Assembly: GCA_965222605.1 (NCBI GenBank)
Contig: OZ244960.1
Location: 4,288,001 to 4,352,000, forward strand
DNA from: Candidatus Latescibacterota bacterium
GTDB lineage: Bacteria > Latescibacterota > UBA2968
DNA: 64,000 nt
Reading direction: 5' to 3'
Shown: piece after piece, positions 38,565 to 48,789 of the stretch
Layout of the letters: each line of letters starts with the position of its first letter
Position numbering within the stretch: position 1 is the first letter of the stretch
Translations under genes and position numbers: made by a program
Notes under the pieces: generated by a model
What the model was told of the DNA's origin: nothing
What the model saw: the letters and a program-made list of their open reading frames with translations, nothing else
Database searches by the model: none

Positions 38565-38585
38565 ATTTGAAACATCCGGTTCCGA
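38565..38585. repeat. 21-bp direct repeat, copy 1 (flanks the sulfatase-GH4 cassette)
   Basis: ATTTGAAACATCCGGTTCCGA, 20/21 identical to 41662-41682. Confidence 0.85.
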
Positions 38586-38798
38586 TCAAAATATACGAAC
38601 TCGCCTGGGAAAAAAAACCACTATGTCTTTCTGCACATTTCCTATCGCCTTTTGACCCGCATAGTCTGTTCTTGACCTTTTCGATTGCAGGCTTCATGGT
38701 AGTGCAACAATTGAAATTGCGCAATCCATACAAAAGGATCTGGCTTTTGTTGCGTGCAATATTTCAAAACTGAGCCGGATATCAGAAAAGGATGAGCT

Positions 38799-40352
38799 AT
38801 GGACGCACCTCGCCCGAATATTTTGATTTTTCTGGTCGATGAAATGCAGTTTGACGTTACCCAACCCTCGTCACCCTGTCAGATGCCTGCCCTCCAAAAA
38901 TTCGCAGAAGAAGGCGTCACTTTTACCCGGGCGTTTACACCCTCTCCTCACTGCTGCCCTTCGCGTGCAACGCTCATGACCGGTGTTTATCCCAGCAGAC
39001 ATGGTGTATTCAACAATGTAGAAACCGATACGGCCCACCAGTTTGGTCTAAATCCAGGTGTCCGAACGTTTGCTCAGGACCTGATCAGAGCCGGATACCG
39101 GCTCTCGTATGCAGGCAAATGGCATCTATCAAATGAAGAAACGCCGGCAGACCGCGGCTGGAAGGAAGTGACCTCATTTGCAAAAAAAATTCCCCGGGGC
39201 CACAGACAGTGGGCCGGGCGCACTGCAAAACCAGTGGTGCTTGATCGACCTAGAGCGCACGGACACATGGTGCGTCCCGGTTGGGGCGATCAGGTAATCA
39301 ACTCGGGCTTTGTAGATGACATCTTGCAAACACACTATTATCAAAATGCCGTGGGACCGGGCATTGAAGAGCTTCACCGCCTGACCCAGGAAGACGATCC
39401 CTGGTGTTTGTGCATCAGCACAGACATGGGACCCAAAAGCGTGGGCGTAAGGGCGCTTTTTGAACAATACGATCCATCTACCTTTGATCTGCCTCCAAAC
39501 TTCCACGACAAAATGGAAGACAAACCCAATATCTACCGTCGCATACGGGAGCAGGTCTGGGGCCAGCTCAGCCTGACCGAAGTGTGCGAAGGCATGGCGT
39601 CTTATTTTGCCAATTGCAGCCTCGAAGACTGCTATTTTAAACGCATCTTGCAAGCCCTTGAAGAAACCGGCAAAGCCGACGACACCCTGGTCCTGTTCAT
39701 CTCAGATCACGGAGACTACAATTTTGCACATGGTCTGCAATATATGGGCATTCCGCCTTTCCGGGAAGCCTACCACGTACCTGTTGTCGCCCGCTGGCCA
39801 AGGGGCCTCGTTGCTCCGGGCCGAACCGTCGATCACCTCGTATCGCTCTGCGACATTGCACCCACACTGATCGAACTGGTCGGAACAACACCCGAAGATG
39901 ACAAAAGCGGGCGCAGCCTGGTTCCATTTTTACAGAATGAAACACCTTCAAACTGGCGGGACGACCTGTTTTTTCAAACCAATGGAAACGAAGTCTATTA
40001 TACCCAGCGTATTGCCATGACGGATCGATATAAATATGTGTACAACGCATTTGATTACGACGAACTCTACGACCTGGAAAAAGACCCTGGTGAACTGGTC
40101 AACCTCATCCATCCTTCCCGGTATCCACAGCCCGAACCGTTTGCAGAAACGCCGGAACAAGACGTACATCCCTTGCCTCGAATAGCCCCGCAATTCGAAC
40201 CGGTACGGCGAGAAATGATGTCTCGTATCTGGGCGTTTGCGATCCAGGAAAACGACACCATATTCAGTGGTTTTGCGCCCATTGCCGTTGCCACATACGG
40301 TCCAATGGTCGGGCTGGAATGGATGCGAGGAGATCGCAATGCGCAAACTTAA
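38799..40352 (+). CDS. Sulfatase
   Basis: PNILIFLVDE, CCPSR signature, GKWH, SDHGD, DPGE. Confidence 0.93.
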   Translation: MDAPRPNILIFLVDEMQFDVTQPSSPCQMPALQKFAEEGVTFTRAFTPSPHCCPSRATLMTGVYPSRHGVFNNVETDTAHQFGLNPGVRTFAQDLIRAGYRLSYAGKWHLSNEETPADRGWKEVTSFAKKIPRGHRQWAGRTAKPVVLDRPRAHGHMVRPGWGDQVINSGFVDDILQTHYYQNAVGPGIEELHRLTQEDDPWCLCISTDMGPKSVGVRALFEQYDPSTFDLPPNFHDKMEDKPNIYRRIREQVWGQLSLTEVCEGMASYFANCSLEDCYFKRILQALEETGKADDTLVLFISDHGDYNFAHGLQYMGIPPFREAYHVPVVARWPRGLVAPGRTVDHLVSLCDIAPTLIELVGTTPEDDKSGRSLVPFLQNETPSNWRDDLFFQTNGNEVYYTQRIAMTDRYKYVYNAFDYDELYDLEKDPGELVNLIHPSRYPQPEPFAETPEQDVHPLPRIAPQFEPVRREMMSRIWAFAIQENDTIFSGFAPIAVATYGPMVGLEWMRGDRNAQT

Positions 40353-41661
40353 AATCGTGCTCGTTGGCGGTGGCAGTTTCCGATGGACGCCTCGTCTGGT
40401 CTGCAACATATTGGAAAACGCATCGCTCAACGGCAGCTACGTCGTGCTTTACGATATCAACAGCCAAGCGCTCGAACTCACCGGCAAACTGTCTGAGAAG
40501 TACAGGGCATTGTACAAATCCGACACCACCTTTGCTCATACAACCGATCAGGCCGAAGCCTTAGAGGGAGCCGACGCCGTAGTGGTCACCTTATCCACAG
40601 GTGGTCTGGAAGCCATGCAACAGGATCTGAAAATACCCGAAACATTTGGTATTTTCCATACCGTAGGCGATACGATTGGCCCTGCTGGCCTCTCCAGATC
40701 TCTGCGCAACATTCCCATTATGCTCGACCTGGCGCACGCCATGGAAACCCACTGTCCAGATGCCTGGATGCTCAACTGCTCCAACCCCCTCTCAGCCCTC
40801 ACCCACAGCGTAACCTGCCAGACCAGCATCAAAGCCATGGGCGTCTGCCACGGTGTGGTCGGTGCTGCCAAAATCTACGCTGAATTTTTCGGTACCCAGA
40901 ACAAGGCCTGCGCCTGGTCGCACACTGGTATCAACCACTTCTCCTGGTTTACCCGATTTTTTGTAGAAGGCCGTTGCGCCTGGGAGATCCTCGCTGAAAA
41001 AGGCCTGGACGCATGGCTTGCACTTTCGCCAGAACAGGCAAAAAAAGATCCCGTATTTGGCTCGCTCTACGGGTTTCGTTGTGGCCTCAAACTTGGCCGT
41101 ACATTAGGTGCCATCCCAGCCATTGGCGATCGCCACCTGGTTGAGTTCCTTCCCGGCTATCTCATCAGCGAGGATCGCCTGGTCTCATACGGTCTGGTGC
41201 GCACCACTATAGAAGGACAAAAGCGACAGGCCGCTGGATATCGCTCCCGAGTAGAGCGCTTCATCAAAGGGGAAGAAGACCTGCCCCCTGTCGCCAGCCG
41301 AGACAATGTGGCTGCCTGGATCGCGGGCCTCTTTGGAGGACCACCCGCCCACGACAATCTCAACGCCCCCAACACAGGCCAGATTCCGCAGTTGCCCGAC
41401 GGCGTGATCGCAGAAACTCGCGGACTGCTCGACACAGCTGGCATCCATCCTTTTGTCAGCCCAATGCCAAAAGCCATTGAAGCGATCATTCGTCCCCAGG
41501 CACTTCGTGAAGCACTGACCGTAGAAGCAGCATTAGAAGGCAGCTTTGAAAAGGCGCTATCCGTCATGATGACCGATCCTCTTCTTCCCTCCGTAGAAAT
41601 TGCCCGTCCAATGCTTGAAGCCCTCATCGCAGCCACCCGCAGGTGGCTACCTCAATTTTAA
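40339..41661 (+). CDS. Glycoside hydrolase family 4 (NAD-dependent alpha-galactosidase/glucosidase-like)
   Basis: KIVLVGGGS, VGDTIGPAG, NCSNP, GVCHG, GINHF. Confidence 0.9.
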   Translation: MRKLKIVLVGGGSFRWTPRLVCNILENASLNGSYVVLYDINSQALELTGKLSEKYRALYKSDTTFAHTTDQAEALEGADAVVVTLSTGGLEAMQQDLKIPETFGIFHTVGDTIGPAGLSRSLRNIPIMLDLAHAMETHCPDAWMLNCSNPLSALTHSVTCQTSIKAMGVCHGVVGAAKIYAEFFGTQNKACAWSHTGINHFSWFTRFFVEGRCAWEILAEKGLDAWLALSPEQAKKDPVFGSLYGFRCGLKLGRTLGAIPAIGDRHLVEFLPGYLISEDRLVSYGLVRTTIEGQKRQAAGYRSRVERFIKGEEDLPPVASRDNVAAWIAGLFGGPPAHDNLNAPNTGQIPQLPDGVIAETRGLLDTAGIHPFVSPMPKAIEAIIRPQALREALTVEAALEGSFEKALSVMMTDPLLPSVEIARPMLEALIAATRRWLPQF

Positions 41662-41682
41662 ATTTAAAACATCCGGTTCCGA
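41662..41682. repeat. 21-bp direct repeat, copy 2
   Basis: ATTTAAAACATCCGGTTCCGA, directly after the GH4 stop codon. Confidence 0.85.
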
Positions 41683-41686
41683 ACCC

Positions 41687-42847
41687 TCAACCCGCTGTCC
41701 CGTTCAGTCCGGCTACCAGATCCGGTGGAATGGACGCCGCGTGAATCTGGGGCTGTCCGCTCAGGTCGGAGGTGAATACCAGCCACCGCATATCCGGAGA
41801 GGCGTAGGCGTGTGGATGCGCTTTTTTGACGAGAATCGAAGTGCGGGCGTCGCACACTATCGCATTCTTTCCCGTCTGGATAGATCCCAGAATGAGCTTG
41901 CCGGACCCCTGCCAGTCATCGGCAAAAAAGTACTGGCCGCACGGAGATGTCCCCAGGTGATTAAACCGGTACCCGCGCGAGACGACCCGGGGCGGCCCCT
42001 CGGCCTTTACCCCCAGCAGATTGCCCTTTTCGGCGGTGTAGTCGCCTTCTGCAAAATACCATTCTTCGGGGCTGTGCAGCCCCCGGGCGTTCGGGGCACG
42101 GACTGTGAGCAAAATCTCGTTAGTTCCTGCAATCCAAGCTTCGTGTCCCACGATGCTGGGCGTATAAGGTTCCCCCACCTGCAGCCGCGTCACCTTTCCG
42201 TTCGGGATATCCAGGAGAAATTCCGTGGCACCCTGCTCCCCAAAGATCACCGCCCGGGTACCGTCGGGCAGCACCTTGCACCCCCGGTTGTGCTGCACCA
42301 TAAGCTGCTTGCCCCAGGTGGGCTCGAACTGAGTGTGAGGATTGCAAATATCCGGATCGGTGTGAATAAGATCCCGCGTACCGGTCTTCAAATCCAGCAG
42401 TTCGATCCCGAACATCTGAGGTTCCAGACTAAGGGTCACGCCGTAGGCGTAGTAGCGCTCGTCGGGAGATACTGTGTCCATCCCCCGGTGCTGAAAATCC
42501 TTGGGAAATTCGAAAATCACTTCCCATTCGCCCGTGGCGAGATCTACCCGCCGCAGTTCCAGGCATTTCCCCTCCTGAACGTGGCGGTAGTAAAAGATCC
42601 CGGTGTGGCTCATCCCCGGTGCCCGCAGTCCCTGTCCTACAACCTCACTCTTCCAGGTCCCGAATTCGCAGGTCACATATTCGGTATGGTTCGGGCCGGG
42701 TTTCGGGTTTTGCCGTTCGTAAACAAAAACCCGGGAATCCGCCGAACAGTAGGGCTGTTCGCAGTAAATATTGGATTTTTCGAGCGGGTCGTCGGTAATC
42801 TGATAGACGACAGCGCCGTTTGCCTCTTCCTCAAGTATCCTGGCCAT
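41687..42847 (-). CDS. Oligogalacturonate-lyase-like (PL22/TolB-like) beta-propeller
   Basis: NPHTQFEP, GHEAW, FNH, AHPHAYASPD..WLVFTSD. Confidence 0.7.
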   Translation of the reverse strand: MARILEEEANGAVVYQITDDPLEKSNIYCEQPYCSADSRVFVYERQNPKPGPNHTEYVTCEFGTWKSEVVGQGLRAPGMSHTGIFYYRHVQEGKCLELRRVDLATGEWEVIFEFPKDFQHRGMDTVSPDERYYAYGVTLSLEPQMFGIELLDLKTGTRDLIHTDPDICNPHTQFEPTWGKQLMVQHNRGCKVLPDGTRAVIFGEQGATEFLLDIPNGKVTRLQVGEPYTPSIVGHEAWIAGTNEILLTVRAPNARGLHSPEEWYFAEGDYTAEKGNLLGVKAEGPPRVVSRGYRFNHLGTSPCGQYFFADDWQGSGKLILGSIQTGKNAIVCDARTSILVKKAHPHAYASPDMRWLVFTSDLSGQPQIHAASIPPDLVAGLNGTAG

Positions 42848-44474
42848 AGCTGGTCTCCTTTTCTATAGTGTACTTCAGAATCAGATCGATCCAGGAAATC
42901 CAGTAGGCGGGCACGCCTTCGGGATCGGCCGTCTCATGGACCAGCTCGATCGTGTTCTCTCCCAGATGCAACCACCGTGCGTCCAGCCCGACTCGATGCT
43001 CGCCCCGCTTCCACCAGTCCGGCTCGAAGATCCACGGACCTTCCCGGATCAGCGCCCCGGTCGGCTTTCGCTCCCACAAAATCGGCTCTGGCTTATCCTC
43101 TTCTTCAGGCGTGCCGCCGGTCACCCGCACCGGCCCCCGCCCGTTGATGGTAATCGACAGCGCCTCGCGTTCCCGGAGACCGCGGGAGTAAAAAATCAGT
43201 TCGGCGTTTACCCGATAGCCTTCGGCGTGCGCGGCGGCGATATCGTCGCCGATGTGGAGCGGTACCTCCGTCCGGGATTCGAAAGGCGCTTCCTCCGGCA
43301 GCGGAAACCACACCGGGATATGGGGTCCCACGTCCACCATATAATGCTTATCCGCAAACGCGATCTTCTGAAGATCGGCCAGATCGTTCTGCCAGGGCTC
43401 TGAAAGCCATTCGTCGCCGGTCCCCCAGGCAAGCTGGATCCCATCCACGCCAGCCCGGTGATACAGCAGGGCCTCCGCGTAAAACATCTCCCGGGTCTTG
43501 GGCCTGGCGTATCGCCGCCGTCCCTCCGGCGTTGGGTCGTGGCTTACAAGCCCCAGGTCGAACCAGATGCACCCGTACACTTTGCACCCGGTCTTTTTGC
43601 CCATATCCACGAATGCGTCCACCGTAATGGCGAACCGGTTGCCGTAATCCCGGAACGTCACGGCCACGATATCGACCAGCCCTTCCCGCATCCAGGTTTC
43701 CCAGTCCAGCCCCTCTTCCAGACACCCGGTCCACGGCACCCGCGCCATCACCTCCAGGCGCCGGTTTTGCAAAGTCCCGACCTCGTCCAGCATCTGCCGG
43801 CAATCGCGCATAAATTGGGTCATGATCTCGCAGTCGGGTTCCGCAAAATGGGGTAGCCGCCGCATGAAATCCAGCTCAACGCCGTCCATGCCGGCCTCGG
43901 CCGCCTCCCGGAGGATCGTCAGCTTGAAATCCCGTACTTCCCTGTATTTGAAGTCCAGGTGCGGGGTACCCGGCACGAGACAGACCTGGTGGTTCCGGTA
44001 AAAGCTGCCTGCAAACCCGATCGCATACCAGGTCCCCAGCGCGAACTCCTGGTTCAGTTCCAGCCGCCCGAACACCTTCAGCCCGATTTCGTGTCCCCGT
44101 TCCGCAGCCACCCGGAGGGGGTCCGCCCCCGCCTCGATCAGACCGCGCACATTCTCATAAACCCACCGGTCCTTCGGCCGCATCTCCTGCCATTCCGCCT
44201 CAGTGACCCCTTCGCCGAAGATCTCCCCGACCTTCGTGTCATAGCAGAGCGTACTGCCGGGTCCCACTCCCCAGATGAGAATCTTGACGTTGGATCCCTC
44301 GAAAGGATTGATAAATTGCGCCTCCAGCATGGCGCATGTCATCGGCGGCTCGGTGTGAAAATACATCGTAAAACCGTCGTTGCGATACCCCAGCGGCAAA
44401 ACGCCCATATCGGAACGCCCGCCTGGAGCTTGCCGGTGCGCGTCTGAAAGTGAAAAACCGGGTTTCTGGTTCAT
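42831..44474 (-). CDS. GHL10/DUF187-like glycoside hydrolase (TIM barrel)
   Basis: LDFKYREVRDF, DGVELDFMR, GLDWETWMREGLVD, AGVDGI. Confidence 0.65.
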   Translation of the reverse strand: MNQKPGFSLSDAHRQAPGGRSDMGVLPLGYRNDGFTMYFHTEPPMTCAMLEAQFINPFEGSNVKILIWGVGPGSTLCYDTKVGEIFGEGVTEAEWQEMRPKDRWVYENVRGLIEAGADPLRVAAERGHEIGLKVFGRLELNQEFALGTWYAIGFAGSFYRNHQVCLVPGTPHLDFKYREVRDFKLTILREAAEAGMDGVELDFMRRLPHFAEPDCEIMTQFMRDCRQMLDEVGTLQNRRLEVMARVPWTGCLEEGLDWETWMREGLVDIVAVTFRDYGNRFAITVDAFVDMGKKTGCKVYGCIWFDLGLVSHDPTPEGRRRYARPKTREMFYAEALLYHRAGVDGIQLAWGTGDEWLSEPWQNDLADLQKIAFADKHYMVDVGPHIPVWFPLPEEAPFESRTEVPLHIGDDIAAAHAEGYRVNAELIFYSRGLREREALSITINGRGPVRVTGGTPEEEDKPEPILWERKPTGALIREGPWIFEPDWWKRGEHRVGLDARWLHLGENTIELVHETADPEGVPAYWISWIDLILKYTIEKETSYGQDT

Positions 44475-44495
44475 AAAAGCCGAAGGACATACTCC

Positions 44496-44606
44496 TCAAT
44501 TTTTAGAAGTGCGACCATCAAAATAGGATGTTAGGGGATAAACCTGAGCGTTAATTTCTTTCGCTTTATCCACAAGATCCACAAAAGGCTCATATCGAAT
44601 GCTTAA
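44496..44606 (-). pseudogene. Displaced C-terminus of the agarase-like gene
   Basis: In frame across the TTAA duplication: LSIRYEPFVDLVDKAKEINAQVYPLTSYFDGRTSKN-stop. Confidence 0.85.
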
Positions 44607-46313
44607 CCCGAAAAATTCATAAAAAAGGTAGTTTCCCTATTCAAGTTATTGTATTATATTAGGTTATACGCATAACCATTGAACAATGAACTTGGGAGAA
44701 ACTACCGTGAGCACACAAGATAATCATTGCAAGGTTCCTTTGGCAAGCATTTTCGGCAAACGTCTCAACCTCGCCTTTGATGGGGGTATTCTCACCAGCG
44801 ATAGCGGAGCCTTATTGCTTCGAGAAGTGGAGGCCAAAACGGGTATTTTATCACGTTTGAGTCGCGCGATTAAAGACCATCGGCATCAAAGTTATGTGGC
44901 GCATAGCACGGCAGAGTTGATCAAACAGCGCGTGTTTCAAATTGCCTGTGGGTATGAAGATGCCAATGATTGCAATGCCTTACGCAGCGATCCCGGCTTC
45001 AAGGTTGCCTGTGATCGCTTGCCCATAAGTGGTGAGAACTTGGCCAGTCAACCCACGATGAGTCGGTTTGAGAATCAGATGAGCAGAAGCGATTTGTATC
45101 GCGTTGCTCGTGCCTTTGTCGATTGTTTTATTGCTTCGTATAAAAAGCCGCCTTCGTCGATCATCTTAGATATTGATGATACGCAGGATAGGGTTTATGG
45201 GACGCAGCAGTTGTCCTTATTCAATGGGTATTTGGGTGCCTACTCCTACCAGCCTTTGCATATTTATGAAGGGCAATCGGGCAAGCTAATCACGACGATT
45301 TTACGTCCGGGTGTGCGTCCTGATGGCAAACAGATTGTCACCATTCTCAAGCGGTTAGTCGCTTATATTCGTCAGGCTTGGCCAAAGGTGGCACTCTTTT
45401 TGCGAGGCGATGCCCACTTCTCAAGTCCAGAAGTCCAGGACTTTTGTGCGACAAAGGACCTCTTTTTTATCCTCGGACAAAGTGCCAATACCCGACTCTT
45501 AGCCCTTTCAAAGCCCCTGATGGATCAGACCAAAAGCCTTTATGCACAAACCGGCAAGCCCGTGCGACTTTTTACCTCATTTTATTACCAAGCCCAGACT
45601 TGGGCCTGTGCCAGACGCATCTTATGCAAAGCTGAAATCACCACCCGAGGCCAAAACACACGCTTTGTCGTGACCAACCTTGAAAGTTCAAGGGCCTCCT
45701 TTATCTACCAAAATATCTATTGTGCGCGCGGACAGATGGAAAACTTCATTAAAAATCACAAAACCTTTCTCCACTCAGACCGCACGTCCTGTCACGCTTT
45801 TGGAGCCAATCAGTTCCGCCTCTTCCTCCATTCGGCTGCCTATGTCTTGTTGCACACCTTAGCGCACATCGGATTACAAGGCACAACGTGGATAAACGCA
45901 CAGGTCAATACCCTCCAAAATCGTTTCCTTAAAGTCGCCGGACGCGTCTGTGAGTTGAAAACAAAGATCACCTTCCATCTGCCTATGTCATTTCCATTGC
46001 CACACCTTTTTGATAAAATCCTGTGCAATCTGGCAAAGGCGGTGCCATAACCCATCAACGGGGAAGGAATAGGGGTCTGTCCCATCACTTGCTGACTTTA
46101 CAAATACACGGACTTATCCACAGACAGGACTGGCAAGGGACCGGTCTGTACTTTTGACACTGGCAGAGCCTGTCAGGGGACGATTTGGGCTGCTTGAACT
46201 CTATGAAGACGCCTATGACGGCAGACAAGATAGAAAGCACCCTCATTTTGATGCTTGGAACCGATGCCGCCTGACAAACAACCCCAACCATTACAGTTCA
46301 TGAATTAGTCGGG
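44607..46313 (+). mobile_element. Complete IS1380-family insertion sequence
   Basis: Terminal IRs CCCGAAAAATTCATAAA and TTCATGAATTAGTCGGG (14/17); TTAA on both flanks (44603-44606, 46314-46317). Confidence 0.93.
44686..46050 (+). CDS. IS1380-family DDE transposase
   Basis: FDGGILTSDSG, GYEDAND, LASQPTMSRFEN, LDIDDT, RGDAHF, RGQMENFIK. Confidence 0.95.
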   Translation: MNLGETTVSTQDNHCKVPLASIFGKRLNLAFDGGILTSDSGALLLREVEAKTGILSRLSRAIKDHRHQSYVAHSTAELIKQRVFQIACGYEDANDCNALRSDPGFKVACDRLPISGENLASQPTMSRFENQMSRSDLYRVARAFVDCFIASYKKPPSSIILDIDDTQDRVYGTQQLSLFNGYLGAYSYQPLHIYEGQSGKLITTILRPGVRPDGKQIVTILKRLVAYIRQAWPKVALFLRGDAHFSSPEVQDFCATKDLFFILGQSANTRLLALSKPLMDQTKSLYAQTGKPVRLFTSFYYQAQTWACARRILCKAEITTRGQNTRFVVTNLESSRASFIYQNIYCARGQMENFIKNHKTFLHSDRTSCHAFGANQFRLFLHSAAYVLLHTLAHIGLQGTTWINAQVNTLQNRFLKVAGRVCELKTKITFHLPMSFPLPHLFDKILCNLAKAVP

Positions 46314-47667
46314 TTAAAAAACCCTTATTGGATCCGTTGGGCAAATCTTTTGTATCGCGATAAGTATGCCAGAACCAGCCGATACAGAATTTGGATTCCA
46401 GCAGCCCCAGGGTGAAGTTCTGATAAAATCGTCCGCGATCAGCCTGAGACTTGACCACGCCACCTGCCCCATCTCTATTTTTATATCCAGAATCCTCTCC
46501 CTTTACATACCACTCACTAATGACAAATGGTTTATTCCCAGACCAGATATTCCAATTTTTTAATTCCGATGTTCTGGGTGTCCAACGATGATAATAATTC
46601 ACCGAAATGACATCGGCATATTCGCCTAAAGCTTCAAATACCGGCTTGAGACGAATGGCCTGCCCATGCAAACGCGATCCCAAAAAGAGGTGATTGGGGT
46701 CGCGGTCCCTGAGCACTTTAGATACAATGCCAAAATATAACCTGGCAATATACCCCAGAAATTTTTCCTGCTCATCAGAGGTCACACTTGATTTGAGCGT
46801 ATCGATGTTAACATTTTGCGACTGAAGGTTTCTCTCTTTTTGTACCCATTCAAATGCCTTTTTAAAGTTGATATCCGATTGCTCCAGGCTGAGATACCGG
46901 GTCAAGACATCCTCTCTCCAGGGAAGTTCATTATCTACAAAATATCCCAACAGTGTCGGGTCCTGAATCATCTCATCTGTTATCTTTTCTTTTACTCGAG
47001 CCCTGCAAAATGCTTCAAACGCAGGATCAAAAATCGGGATACAATGATTTGGGAACTGCATGTTGTTTGCATTTGATTTTGCTCCATATCGCCTGCCAAA
47101 AGGATACATCATATAAATGACCGTTGCCCATGCCTGGGGTCTGTTGTGTTGTGTTTTTAAAAGCAAGGGATCACTCCAGGTGCCAACCACATTGAATCTG
47201 TTTGTTCTCAAAAAATCAACCGTCTCATGAGCCCAGGCCTCAGGTTTTCCCCATCGGCGTTCAAAAACAGGTGGTGCTGTCACACTCTTGTCTTTTGCTG
47301 AGCCCCACCGGATGGAATTGAGTGCTGTACAAAAAAACAGATATCCATCTGGGTCCACAAACCACCAGCGATCATCTATTTTCTGAGTACGAAAAAATCC
47401 TGTGCCCTCAATCTTTCGATCTGCCCACCCGCCATAAGGACTGAGTTGCACCTCAGCCTGGGGTGTATAGTCGGGTAGAACACTCAAAAGACGTGTTGCA
47501 TGCGGTCGATAAGATCCAAATATGCGCTTCCCTCTATAAAGCCGCATCCGCATGTCCACGATCACATGCTGATTGGGGTCGTCTTCCCACGATTGAGCAT
47601 ATAGATCTGTCACACTGCCTGATATCAATATTCCAATCAGAACCATACAGGTAACAATTTCACTCAT
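46314..47667 (-). pseudogene. Secreted agarase-like (GH50-related) glycoside hydrolase, interrupted by IS1380
   Basis: Signal peptide; TGFFRTQKIDDRWWFVDPDGY, GYFVDNELPW, DPNHLFLGSR, ISEWY, GWFWH, SNKG, then runs into the IS end. Confidence 0.8.
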
Positions 47668-47792
47668 GCAGTTGTCTCCAATGTATTAAAAATGTTAAAT
47701 TTAATTTATACTCACAATCAGCAGATATCAATATTTTTTCTCTGATTTCTCCATCAGATAAAAAAAAACTGGATGTACTAACCAAAATATTG

Positions 47793-47824
47793 TATTATAT
47801 GTCAAAGTAGAGAATATTATATGT
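47793..47824. promoter_or_regulatory. Direct-repeat operator candidate in a divergent AT-rich intergenic region
   Basis: TATTATATGT at 47793-47802 and 47815-47824, 22-bp period. Confidence 0.5.
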
Positions 47825-48005
47825 TTAATAGCGATGTGGGCGAAAGCGGCACGGAAAAAGACCTGATCGCCCGCTACATTCATCAGCACATCGATCGGGA
47901 CAATCTGTACCGGTTTCTGGTCCGAGCAGCAGGCGGATAAAACAGACCGGGAGAAATAGAAGTCGAATAACCGCGGGAAATTCAGGTCTGTCACCGAAAG
48001 GATGG

Positions 48006-48725
48006 ATGCTTATGCGATTCAAGAACATTCTACTTACCGCAGTGCTCCTGCTTGTACCCCCGCTGTCTCCGACGATACCAGCTTTGGCTCAGGATAGCCA
48101 ATGGGGTCTGGGAACAAATCTCAGCTATTCTCTGCCGGTGCTGGACCTCAGAAGCTGGTTCACTCAGGGGCCCGAACTGGGCGTTATGTTGCTCTATAAC
48201 TACACCTCCAGAACCGAGTTGGAAGTGGAATATCACCACGTTCGTTTCAACGGTGGGAGTCTGGAGGAACGGACCTTCATGTGGGCGCCGACGGGGACCA
48301 CGGATCGAAGTCCATACGGCAGCCCGAGCGCGCAGTCCCGGATGCGAATGAACAGCTATCTGGTCAATGGGATTTTTTACCTGGACCAGAGGCAATCCGG
48401 CAGCGGATGGGCACCGTATTTTAGCTTCGGGAGCGGTTTTTACCACTACCGGACGCGTGAGACGGGGCTCATCTTCCCCGGCCAGACAGGGGATGCGCTG
48501 GACTCGACACTCGTGTTGGAGCCGGATGGGGACTCAAGAGCGGCCCTGGGGATCAGTCTCGGGCTTGGAGTTGGACTTTTCGTGTCCGAGCGAGCGACCA
48601 TCGATTTCCGCGGCCGGTATAACGTGATGCTGGGTCAACTGCGGCCGATGAAGGCGTGGGGGTTAGAGGAGGTATTTCCATTTCAGGTATTGGACTTCGG
48701 CATTCGGATCAAAATGTATCTTTAA
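48006..48725 (+). CDS. Outer-membrane beta-barrel protein (small, OmpA-like barrel)
   Basis: Signal peptide ending ALA-Q; alternating beta-strand pattern, APYFSFGSG, C-terminal FGIRIKMYL. Confidence 0.75.
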   Translation: MLMRFKNILLTAVLLLVPPLSPTIPALAQDSQWGLGTNLSYSLPVLDLRSWFTQGPELGVMLLYNYTSRTELEVEYHHVRFNGGSLEERTFMWAPTGTTDRSPYGSPSAQSRMRMNSYLVNGIFYLDQRQSGSGWAPYFSFGSGFYHYRTRETGLIFPGQTGDALDSTLVLEPDGDSRAALGISLGLGVGLFVSERATIDFRGRYNVMLGQLRPMKAWGLEEVFPFQVLDFGIRIKMYL

Positions 48726-48789
48726 GGGCTCGCCGTAAATCTGCCCCAGGTTGACCCGAACGGGCCAAAAGGAAAGGAGAAACCGGTAT

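Noticed and set aside
41600-42868. 422-aa plus-strand ORF
   Set aside because: Antisense to the lyase-like beta-propeller gene, which has recognisable motifs and operon context
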